Shown here one piece after another: positions 23,401-35,400 of a stretch of DNA of 64,000 nucleotides. Under the pieces are notes generated by a model, which searched no databases, was not told the DNA's origin, and worked only from the letters and a program-made list of their open reading frames with translations. This DNA comes from Gekko japonicus. Its lineage: Eukaryota. The stretch covers positions 650,557 through 714,556 of the forward strand of contig NW_015173680.1 in the NCBI RefSeq assembly GCF_001447785.1, given 5' to 3'. Each line of letters starts with the position of its first letter. The stretch's first letter is position 1. Both the position numbers and the translations under genes were made by a program.

Positions 23401-26400
23401 CAGAAACAGGCAGTGATCTTTCTGTGTTTGAAGCTTTGAGAGACACCATTTATTCTGATGTAGCTACATTGATATCTCATAACAAAGCTCGCCTTCATGT
23501 TCTAATTGAGCTTTTTCATGAACTTCAGCGGCTTAATTCAGACTTTTTGAGACAAAACGAACTGTATAGGTTACAGGATATAGAAGCCAACACAAAAGCA
23601 GAATGTCCAAAACCTCTGAACTCAATGGCAGGGTTCAGACCCAATTTAGAACTTACTCCCAGCAAAAGCCTTGCTACTACTGATAATGAGACATTAGAGA
23701 AGAGTTTTGACCCAGAAGGATCTGCAGTGCATTAACCTGACGTTGTATGTTGATCAGAATACTGTTTTACTGTTTTATTATTGTTTTTATATGTTAATGT
23801 TGAGTGAGTTGAAAGGGCAAACCACAAAAAAAAAAAGAAAGAAAGAAAGGGCAAACCTGACAGCCCAAATCTTCTGTGCAGACCGCATCTATGGGGATCC
23901 GGGGCTGGACCCCATGATTTGGTCTAGTGGGGGGGGGGTTTTTTTGCCATGATCTGGCCTGTGCCACCAGAGGCCTACTAGGCCCAGGGAGCCTGGCTAG
24001 CAGTAAGGGAGGCTGGGCCTACAAACCCCAGAAGGCCTTGGGAAGTTTTGGAGCCGATTTTGACCAATAGGGAAGTAGAGGGCTGGGGAATATAGGAACT
24101 GGTACAAGAGGGAACCTTGTACCAACCTAGCAGTTCGAAAGCAAGAAATTGCAAGTAGGTAAATAGGTACCACTTCGGTGGGAAGGTAACAGCGTTCCAT
24201 GTGCCTTGGTGTTTAGTCATGCCGGCCACATGACCACTGAAACGTCTTTGGACAGCGCTGGCTCTTCGGCTTTGAAACGGAGATGAGCACCGCAATCCTA
24301 GAGTCGGATTTGACTGGCTTTCGAGCAAGGGAACCTTTACCTTTACAAGAGGGAAAGCTGTTCTTCTTCCCAGGGAACAGAGCCAGAGGGGACTGAGGCT
24401 GCTGTGGGGAAGAAACCCTCATCCTGAGGGAAGGGTGAGTCGTCTAAGGCCCCTTGATAGTGAGCTAGGGACAGTATATATTTAGACGCGTTAGGGTATT
24501 TGATTTCTTTTTACCCGCTTACTGTTGTTGTTCTGCACCTTGTTTGTTTGACCTATAAAATAAACTATTTTCATTGTTCACTCTGCCTGGTCCTCATGAC
24601 TTTTATTCGGTCAAAAGGGAGATCTAAAGGCCTGGGAGGGTGCTCTGGGCCTTCTTGGAGGAGCCTGGAACCAGAGTGGTGGCAGCGTCAGGTGACACCC
24701 CGCCTGACCCTTAACAAAAGCAAACTCCCATGGAAAACATTTCTCCAAAGAGGGGAAGATAATATTCAGAGGAACAGCTTTGTGCAAGGCAAGGGTGACA
24801 GAGATTAGGAGAAGGAACAAGAGAACCTGTTCTCAGAAAACATTCCTGTCACCTCCCCAGTAGCTCCCTCCAAAATGAGAGTGAGGCATTCAAATTCCAC
24901 CAACAGGTAGTGGTGGGAAGAATAAAGCAAAGCTCATCTTTTGGCTACCAACAAGCTGATCAGCAACAAAACAGAAGGAAGAATCAGGACTAGAATTCGC
25001 ACACAACTGGAAAAAGAGACACACAATGGAGCATTTGGAACTCTCCATTGGTCCTGGTATTGAACTCTTTATCCCGGCAGAAAAGGCATAGTTCTGTGGA
25101 ACAGCATAGGCTTTAGCATGCATCACGTCCATAGAATTATATCAAGCCATCATGTGGCTAGCTACAGAATAGTCTTGGAAGATACCCTAGGTACTGCTGA
25201 GGCTCTGCACTGTCATATCCAATAACTGGGAATGCCTGCTTGTGGTTATTATCTATCCAGAGTCCAGTCTTTTTGCTTAACATCCTCCCATGTACCCATC
25301 CCCACTGCTGCAATCATAAGACTAATTACTGCTGCCTGTTGCCTTTCATCCCAGCAAACTGTGTTCTCTATCCTTCCTTCCTGTCTTGTAGTCTGCATGG
25401 TTTATCATACACCAATGTGAAGTGTAATATCAGGGGGATTTTTGACTCCTGAGGAGTCTGCCTGTGAGGCCCACCGTACTCAACCCCAGCATGCCCATGC
25501 TCTGCCATCCCGGTTAGGGTCAGGAGGGCTTCGCAGCCAGCTTCCCCAGTGGAAAGAGGAGAAGTTAGGACACCCCGGCCCTTCCCTTGGCTGACTCACT
25601 TGCCCTTGATCCTGGGTCATGTGTGCGCAGCCTGTTTCCTGCCTGGCCTGGAAAGCCTCCCTTTTATTTGACCTTGGGCCCCACTCTCCTTCCCTGTGCC
25701 CAATCCGGCCCTGGCTCTGCCTCCCTCTGGAGGTGACAAAGGGAGGTGGTCAGTTACCTGCTTCTGAAGCTGCCAGTCTTCCATCTCCCCTTCTTCCTGT
25801 TACTTGAGATGGACATCTTCCCTGTCTTTCAGCCAGGCTCAGTTTGGCTGGCTCTTGTTCCCCCTTGAAGTTGCAAGGCTCCTGTCCCTTGAAAGCTGCA
25901 TTGCCAGGAAAAACACAGGTAGAGCTGCTCCATCAGTGCATGCCCCTGATAGGTTCAGCTGTGGTAGTCAAACAGTTGACTGTGAAGCAGCTTATAGTGG
26001 TGCAAGAACCACGCTAGAGCACAGAGTTGGTAAACACATAGCAAAGCAACTAGATGCTAAGGTACTGCTAATATATTGCCAACAACTGTCAAGGGAAGAA
26101 GGATTGTTAGAGGGACTGTAGTTTGGTGGTGAAGCATCTCCTTGGCATACAGAAGGTCCCAGGTTCAATCCCTGGCATTTCCAGTAAAGATCAGGTAGTA
26201 GGTCATGTGAAAGACCTCTACCCAAGACCCTGGAGAGCCACTGCCAGTCTGAGTAGACAGTAATAACTTTGATGGACTGATGGTCTGATTCAGTATAAAG
26301 CAGCTTCATGTGTACAGTACATATTAGGTGCATGCTGCCTGGGTGGGAAGACCTTTGCAGCTCTCAGAGTTTGAGGCAGGGGATTCCTCCTCCCCCAATT

Positions 26401-29400
26401 ACCTGTGTAGAATGCATTGCCCTGGCATCCCCTGTTGGAGAAGTGGAGGATCCAGGTGAGTGTTTGTGTCATGCAGTGGAATTTCTGAAAGGGCTCTAAG
26501 CAGAGACAGCAATATGCTGCATCATTTTTTGTTTTCCTCTGTAGCTGTTTGTACAGTGTGCTCCCTTTTTGTATGGTGCTCTTTAGGTTTTCTAAGTGCA
26601 TGACATGAGGTTAGAAATATAGCCTTATATCATCTGTGACAGGGAGGGTGTTCTGGTTTGTAATGTTCATAGGAGATCTATGATTGGCTGCAGAGTTAAG
26701 TCATTTTATGCTGGCATATCTCCAGGTTACATGAGTATGGGACTTCGTTTCTATCCTAAAAGCAGTTTGCAGACTGACCTTAAGTTTACACTGTCTGTCT
26801 GCTTTGTAGAGACAATTGTTTGCGGTATCTGTCAGGAATAGAACAAGAAGCAGTGGTCTGAAGTTGTGGAGCAGGCTTACATTAAAGAGGATCCTAATTT
26901 TATTTATTTATAAATTTTATTTATAAACTGCTCTCCCCTGTTTTGCACATGGCTCAGGGTGGTGAACAACAATTCCAACAGACATGATTTCAGGTCAAGT
27001 TAAAAGGGGTAAAACAACAGATAAAAAAAACAATTTTAGATGATGCTGAAAATATACCAGGTTGCAATCTCCCCCCATGGGGGCGAAGAGGAAAGGGATA
27101 GAAGTGCCAGGCTAGATGGAAACAGTTGTAGGGAGAACTGTGTAGGGTCCAGCAGGGCACAGATGTCATTTGGCAGAGAGTTCCACCAGGTCGGGGCCAG
27201 GGCCAAAAATGCCCTGGCTCTAGTTGAGGACAGTTGGATGTTTTTCAGGCTAGGGACCATTTTGAGAGCAGTATAGCAACAGAAGGAAGAATTGATGAAG
27301 CAGCATGTCTGGGATAGTTTCAGGAGGAGGACAGAAAGTCTAAAATGCTGTGACAGGACTCGAGTTGGGCAAGTTGATGCATAACATTAATGCCTTGGAA
27401 AAAAATGCTCAGCAATGCTTAAGATTTAGTTGCTTCACCTTAAGTCAGATTTTACAATCAAAATTTGAAAAATTCCAAGTCTGAGGTTTTGTAAGTTCAG
27501 CCAGTTTTGAATGTCTGTGAAATTTCATTTCAGCGCTACATGTGATCATCTCTATGACTCTGCAGCTCTGCTTTAGGTCTCAGGACATGAAATCCCAAGG
27601 TCAGTGACCAGACAGAATGCTAAAACTCTCTTCCAACTGCTGCCATGGGGTCTTTTCACAAAGTGATGGGAATCTGCTCCTTGAGTGCTGTCATGTTTAT
27701 GTGAAGCAGATTCTGACAGGCTGATCACACTTGTGAAGCAGACCTTGTCTAGGATGTGGCTGCATTTGAAGTACTGTGTGCAAGTGTGCCCATTCCCCGC
27801 CCCCGAAAAGAAAAGAAATTCCACCTGAAAAGAAATATTATAGTGCTGGGAAATCTGAAATCAGCTAAGATGATTAAGGGACTGGTCCATTTCATCTCTG
27901 TAAAGCTTCTTGACTAGGAAGAGGATGAGTGCAGAGAGACATGATTGAAGTTTGCAAAATTATGAACAGTATGAAGAGAATAACTACACATTTTTTCTCC
28001 ATATCAGATAATACTTTGAATTGGTAGTTGTGATCAGTGTTCCCTCAAAACTGAGTTAGTGTGAGCTAGCTCACAGCCTCCGGCTCACACATTTTCTTAC
28101 CCTCCAGCTCAAGAATGATGGCTCCAGAGCAAACTAATTTATATAGTAGCCAAATCGCTTTAATGCCAGTAGCTCAGAAAGTACAATATTTGCTCGCAAG
28201 ACTCCTCAGCTTAGAGGGAGCATTGGTTATGATAGGTTCAGGACAAACAGCCTTTCTTCATAACTTCATACAGCTATACATTCTCAAGATGTGGTGAAGG
28301 CCATTGACTAGACCTGGTCTGTATTTGCAAAAAAAATGAGATAGCTAAGTGTTGAAGTGATAGATTGGATTCTACCACTTCAGGATGCACTTATTGGATT
28401 GGGCAAAGTTCCCCTACATTAATAATTCCTTCTAAATGGGAAATCCAAAATGTGGTACCACTTTGTGGTTTATGGTCCTCATTGGACTGCACTGCTGCAA
28501 ACCTATGGGAACAGGAGCTATACATTCATGTTAAAGTAGGGCACCACGCTAGAAGGACCTAGGATGTTGACCTGAGTGCTAATATAGGCTTCTCAAAATC
28601 ACCCTTGTGGTCTGAAACATCTCCAGTTCTTTTCCATGGGGAACTTCCCCATTTTCTCTAGGAGAATTTCCTTGTTTTCATTTATGGAAAAGGTGGTGCC
28701 ATTTGAATTGCCTGTCAAAATTTGCCATGCAGGCTATCAAAATCTGGAGACAAGCTATTAGCAGTTAGATAGTGAATACTGTATTTAAATAGAATTTTTA
28801 ATGATCTAATAATATTTTATTCTTATTCCTAACATTTTAATGTTTGATATTCTGTATGCATTTTAATGTTTTGCCGGTTGATGTTTTTTCGGTTCTTTTA
28901 TGTATTTGGTCAATGACCGTACTAATAAATATCTAAAATATCAAATGGATTGCCTGTTTCACACACTGTAATGTTCTTGTCCAGCCCGTTTGGGTTCTGA
29001 TTGTTCTCATAAAGACATTCTTGCAATTACTGCAACAAGGAAATGTCACCAGTTTACTGCTCCTCTGTAGCAGTGTGTGAGTACAACATACTGTTAAAGG
29101 GTAACGAATTTGTGCTGTGGTGTGAGAGCATGCAGAAGGTCCCAGATTTGGTCCTTGGTATCTCTGGTGAAAAAAAACTATCTCAAGCAACAGGATTAGG
29201 AAAAACCACAGCCCTGCAGAGCCTCTCCCAGTTCCTGTGGACAGCTGGAGTAGTGGTCTGCCTTATTATAATGCAACTTAATATATTCATGTGATCTGAC
29301 ATTTGCACTGCAAATATATGCCCATGAGGTCTCCCGCCTGGGTGGGATGCCTGCCTGTTTGCCTTGGCTGGCTCCCAGTCCCACCTCCTGGCCATGTCTG

Positions 29401-32400
29401 CAGGGCTGTCCAAAGCAAATTGATTTTATTTTTCCCTTTGTAAACAAAGGGGGAGAATCAATCGTCTCCTAATTTTAACCAGTACGTGAGGGACCAGGGC
29501 GCCATGACAGACCAGCTGAGTCGGAGGCAGATCAGGGAGTACCAGCTGTACAGCCGGACCAGTGGAAAGCATGTCCAGGTGAATGGCAAAAGGATCATTG
29601 CCACAGCTGAAGATGGCAACAAGTTCGGTAAGGAGCTGGTGGCAACGCTTGAGTGCACCTTTGGAGGGACTTTCTGAGAGCCTGGAAAATACCTCTGAGG
29701 GAGGGATGTGGGTCTTAGTATTGGAAAAGTGCACACGAGGTCCTATAAGGTTTCTTAGCCAAGGAAACTTTCACATGACATCTCCTGTGCAACCTGAATG
29801 GAAAAATATGTGGGTGTTGGAAACAGGTCAGGGATAGACCTACCTGGAGTTAATGCAAAATAGCCACCTCAGGTGGTGAACTTTAGTTACCATTAAGGGT
29901 GGCCAAGTAGGTAGATAGCTCTGTTCCAAGGGGTGCAGTCTGCTCTGAAAACAGTGGCATATGCATTCTTGGTCCATGGGTAGCTGTCATGTGAAGATCC
30001 TGTGGACACTTTTTTTGCCCAAGTAAAGTCTTTATAGTCCTTCCAGACAGTGGCCTGCCAGAGATTACGGAGCCACTCAAGAGCCTAGGGAGACTTCACT
30101 TCCAAGGGGACAATTCAGCCTGTAGCCCCCACACCCCTCCCCGCCATGAGGCAGCAGTAGATGGATCTGTTGGTTCCCAAGTCTAGCCCTGGCCTCTCTC
30201 AACACCACACAAGAGTATGGTAGTGAGATGTGCTGTAATGGTTTCAACCACTTGTCACCCCATGTCTAATATCCTCTTTAGTATTTCTGCCCAGTCAGTC
30301 AATACTGCTCAGAAAGCTCTTTGCCTTTGGAATGCCTGTGAAGAAGCAACTGCTCTTTGTGTTGTGAAAATTGGTTTTGAAAAATTGTTCTATATATATT
30401 CCTGCCACAATGTCCTTCTCCCTCTCTGCCTGCCCTCAGCCAAGGTTTCTAGGCCTACAGCGTCCTCAGCTCCTCTAACATACACCTCTCCCTGACAACT
30501 CAGGAACACACCAGCTTTCCCACTTCTCTGGCATACCTACTCGGTCTCCACTGTCTCACCATCTCAGCTGGCTCCTTTCAGTTCTTATACGTTTCAGGGT
30601 AGAAGGCAGCCAGTGACTGCTAGTTCTGCTTCATCCTTCTTACAGCTGCAGACTGCCCTAGAGAGCCCTAAACTTACTGACAGTCTTCAGTTCTGCATTT
30701 GGAAGGGTAACTGACCACAGTATTACAGGAGTGTGGCTGTCTGAGCTGATAGTTGGTGCTTCCCTAGCTCATTCAAACCCCAAAATGTTTAGTTTCAGGG
30801 CCAATGTGCCAAGTGATTCATTTCTCTTGTTCTGCTTGCAGCAAAGCTGATCGTTGAAACAGACACGTTTGGGAGCCGAGTGCGCATCAGAGGAGCTGAG
30901 AGTGAGACATACATCTGCATGAACAAGAAAGGGAAGCTCATTGGCAAAGTGAGCAATGCAATGCCACCCCCTCTATCATCATGAATGTCACGGTTCCTAG
31001 GGCTGTTGACTGATTCAGTCATTTTCATTTGTTAATCATCTGTATTCTGATCGATTAATTGACAGGTTAATAAATGGTGGAGTTCTAAAGGTCTTGAAGG
31101 AAGCATAAGACAAACTCCATCTAGTATACACAAGCTCATTGTTAGAAGTCACAAACATCTCATACCTGTTCTGTGTGACCTTAATAAGTCAATGTGATCT
31201 TAACTCATAGCCCCACTGATTAATCTACTGGCATTTTTGGTTGATAATCCAGCAGTTAGAACTTGCTAGCCCTAAATATTACCAATTTTGCAAGCACCAT
31301 GTATGTGAGTGGTGCTTTAAGAAGTTCAGTGGTACAGCTACCACTTATTTATTTATTTATTCAAATTTATACCCCGCCCTCCCCGCAAGCTGGCTCAGGG
31401 CGGCTTCCAATAAAACACAAATTACATTAAAATACATAATATACAACATGCCATAAAACATTATAAATACAAAGTGCAGGCGGCAGATTAAAATTCATTT
31501 CGATGGTAAGTTGCAGAATCAATTGCCATTGCCCTGGTGTCCACAGATGGCTTCTATCATTAGTCCGTGTAGTTGTTAAATCCACAGGCCGTATTAGTTG
31601 TAATACTCTGCAGTGACCTGCAGTAGCATGAGCCTATAACAGCAGCGGCCCCTACTTAAATGCCTGGCGGAAGAGCTCCGTCTTACAGGCCCTGCGGAAC
31701 TGTAACAGATCCCGCAGGGCCCTGATCTCCTCCGGGAGCTCGTTCCACCAGGTAGGGGCCGCTACTGAGAAGGCTCCGCCCCTGGTAATGGCTAACTTAG
31801 CCTCCCTCGGGCCAGGAAGGGTCAACAGATTTTGCGACCCCGACCGTAGTGCTCTCTCGAGTATATACGGGGAAAGGCGGTCCCGAAGGTATGTTGGACC
31901 CCGGCCATGTAGGGCTTTAAAGGTAAGAACCAGCACCTTGAAACGGACTCGGTATGCTATAGGCAGCCAGTGCAGTGTCCTCAGCACAGGCTGGATGTGC
32001 TCTCGTCTAGGGAGATCCATCAACAGCCTGGCTGCGGCATTCTGCACCAGCTGCAGCTTCCAGATCCGAGACAAGGGCAGCCCCAAGTAGAGAGCGTTAC
32101 AGTAGTCTAGTCTCGAGGTGACCATCGCATGGATCACTGTTGCTAGGTCAGCGCGGCTGAGGAAGGGGACCAACTGCCTGATCAGCCTAAGATGGTAAAA
32201 GGCCGACCTGGCAGTGGCCGCCACCTGGGCCTCCATGGTAAGGGAGGAATCCAGGAGGACGCCCAAACTCCGCACCTCCGGCGCTGGCACCAATGGTGCC
32301 CCCCCCCGAAGGACGGAAGAGGGATCCCCGCCCCTACACCGCCCCGACTCAAGCACAGGACCTCTGTCTTCGCTGGATTCAGCCTCAGTCGACTCAGTCT

Positions 32401-35400
32401 AAGCCAACCCGCCACAGCCTGCAAAGCCCCGTCCAGGTCCTCCGGTCTGGATCCTGACCGGCCGCCCAGCATCAGATAGAGCTGGGTGTCATCAGCATAC
32501 TGATGGCACCCCAGCCCCTGCCTCCGGGCAATCTGGGCAAGGGGGCGCATATAGATATTAAACAACATGGGGGACAGCACGGCCCCTTGAGGCACACCGC
32601 ATTCCAGCGGGTGTCTCCTGGACCACTGTTCCCCCAGCGCCACCCTTTGTCCCTGACCTTGGAGAAAGGAAACCAGCTATTGTAAGGCTAGTCCCTGAAT
32701 CCCCACGTCGGCGAGGTGGTGGGCTAGCAGCTGGTGGTCGACCGTGTCAAATGCGGCCGACAGATCTAACAACAGCAATACTGCCGATCCGCCTTGATCC
32801 AGATGCCTTCGGAGGTCGTCAGCTAGGGCGACCAGGACCGTCTCTGTCCCGTGTCCCGGGCGGAAGCCAGACTGAAAGGGGTCGAGCACGGAAGCGTCAT
32901 CCAGAAAGCCCTGCAGCTGTGTCGCCACCGCCCTCTCAATCAACTTGCCCAAATAGGGCAAGTTAGAGACCGGCCAATAGTTGGCCAAATCGGACGGATC
33001 TAAGGATGGTTTTTTCAAGAGAGGGCGGACCATTGCTTCCTTGAGTGCCCCAAGGAACTGTCCCTCTAATCCCATAGGATGTATTTAAGGTTTAGGCAGG
33101 GCACTGAGGTGTTCCAGTACACATCCCTCCAATTCGGTCTTGCTACTGCCGTGAGAATATTCACCAAGTATATAGCCATAGTGGTGGTGCATCTCTCCAC
33201 ACATAGGGTTGCTCTGTTTTTCCATACCTAGACGATTGGCTTATTGTGGGGCCCCAATGACTACATTCATTGCATCATTTCCACCTGTAGCAGGTTAGGT
33301 CTGATGGTGAATTGGGAAAAGTCTCACCTTGAACCCTCTCAGTGAGTTGAGTTCATTGGTTCCTCCCTTGATGCTATCATGGGGAGGGCCTTTTTGCCTA
33401 CAGGCAGGGCTAAAAGCATCAAGGCAATGGTGTTATGCTGTGTGAGAAAATGCTGGCAGCCAGTAAGGCCGTTCAACAGCTGTTGGGTTTATGGCTTCAA
33501 CTTCTGCAGTGGTTCCATTTGCAAGGCTGCACATGCGGAACTTACAAATCTGGTTTGTCAAGAGGTATGAGTCCAATAAAAAAGCCCCAAGACACTGGTT
33601 TTCAATGCCTAGGGGGGTGGTTAGGTCTCTGCAGTGGTGGCTAGATGACATAACTTGTTGACCATTTTCAAAACTGCCTTTGTATTCCATTTGAGTAACT
33701 GACTGCTAAAGGATTTTTTTCTGTCATTTCAGACAGACCCATTTTAGTAACCAGCTGCTAGCAGAATTTATTGACCTGTTCATACAACCCACTTGCAATG
33801 GGTTGAGCCACTTTTGAGGGAAACTGCTTTTCTCCATTTTCGACCCCTTCATTGCACTTCTGAATCACTGTGGTGTGCTGTTTCAAATGTCCATAGCACT
33901 TCCTACAATGCAGCTTTTCCCCCCACCCTTTTTCACCATGCAAACTTCCTTGGACTTTTTTTTTAACGTTCTAAGGTGAGCACTATAGCTCCATTGAGTC
34001 AGTGCATCTCAATGGTGCCTCTATAGCACTGAATTTTATAGCGGTTTAGCACTATAGCACTCACCTTAGAGCTTTTTTTAAAGTCTGAGGGAAATTGCGC
34101 CGTGACAAAGGGGGGGGGGGAGCACCACTGTTTAGAATGACCATGGCGCTGCAGAAACGGCTCATTAATGCAAGGAAATGCACTGTATGAAACCCCTGTT
34201 CCTGTATAGCTTTACTCAAAATTGGGCCAACAACAAATAACATCCAGTTTAGAACGGTAATGTGAAGTGGGCTGTTTTCAGGGATCCAATTTGGTTTCTG
34301 GGTTCCCCAGGTCACTCTAACCACAGATGCTTCACTGTTGGGTTGGGGTGCCCATTGTAAAGGTTTTTCGGTGCAGGGTTGGTGGCCTTCAATGCAGACT
34401 ACTTCCCATATTAATCTCCTAGAACTTCGTGTGGTGAGATTTGCCCTTACCTCTTTTTCAGATATTCTTGGGCAAGAGGGTGTTGATTCAAATGGACACC
34501 GCAACAGTATATTATTTCAACAAACAAGGAGGCATGGGTTCCTGGAGGCTTTGCCTGGGGGGCAGTAGCAGTTTGGGAAATAGCTATGAGCATTGGAGCC
34601 CTTCCAAGGGCCAACCACGTAGCAGGGACTTCAAATACAGAAGCAGACAGACTGAGCAGGGTCTATCAGACCAACTACAAATTGTCTGTCCAGCACAGAT
34701 ACATCAAGGTGATTTTTGACACACGGGGGTATCCTCAGGAGGACCTGTTTGTCATGGCCAAGTCCAACAAAGCACTAGACTTCTGCTCCCTAGCGGGCAG
34801 CGACCCAACTTCCCTGAGGGATGCATTCCAGATCCCTTGGTCAGGCGCACTCTTTCATGCATTTCCTCCCTTCCCTCTCCTAAGCAAAGTTGTAGGGAAG
34901 ATGGTGGCCGAGTGGATGGATGGCATCCTAGTAGCTCCCTTCTGGCCCTGCCAGATCTAGTTCTTAAAGCTGTTCCACTTAGTGGGCACAGACTGCATAT
35001 TGTCCCACCCCCACCCCACCTCAGACCTACTGATGCATGGTCCATTGGTGCACCACGATGCAGCACAGCTACATTTGACACCATGGAGTGCCCCTTCTCC
35101 CAAGGAGTAAAAGATAATCTTGCTTCAGGCCCATGAACCCTTTGCAAGATATTCTTCTGACAGGAAATGGGCTCATTTTGAGTCCTGGGTGTCTGCTAGG
35201 GGAGAGTGCCCTTTTACCTGCCCATTAGCATCAGTGTTGGAATACCTGTTGTTGTTAGCACAGGCTGGTTTAGTAGTGTCTTCGGTAAAGGCCCACCTAG
35301 TGGCCATTGCCATCTCCATGAGGAGGTGGCAGGGAAGTAGTGTTTTTGGCCATAAGTTGGCTCAGTGTTTTTAAAGGGGCTGACCAATGTTTTTCCCCCT

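Larger units (their letters stand above)
21298..24716 (+). mobile_element. Non-autonomous Gypsy (Gmr1-like) LTR element carrying a captured PCM1 fragment
   Basis: LTRs 21298-21829 (TG...CA) and 23945-24716 (TG...CA, interrupted by a SINE). tRNA-Leu-like PBS TGGTGGCTGTATCGGTGGGAT from 21830. G-tract PPT just before the 3' LTR. Imperfect 5-bp TSD AGAGC/AAAGC. Coiled-coil gag N-terminus at 22081-22470 and a protease C-terminal remnant ([17 protein letters not shown]). Confidence 0.88.

Noticed and set aside
23355-23735. True PCM1 locus exon
   Set aside because: Intronless across several expected exons, has an upstream in-frame stop, and is enclosed by LTRs.
26411-26576. Possible FGF17 exons 1/2 (ATG...AG|GTGAGT at ~26455, then [10 protein letters not shown])
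   Set aside because: No good in-phase donor after the second piece. 17618-17654 matches the known exon far better.
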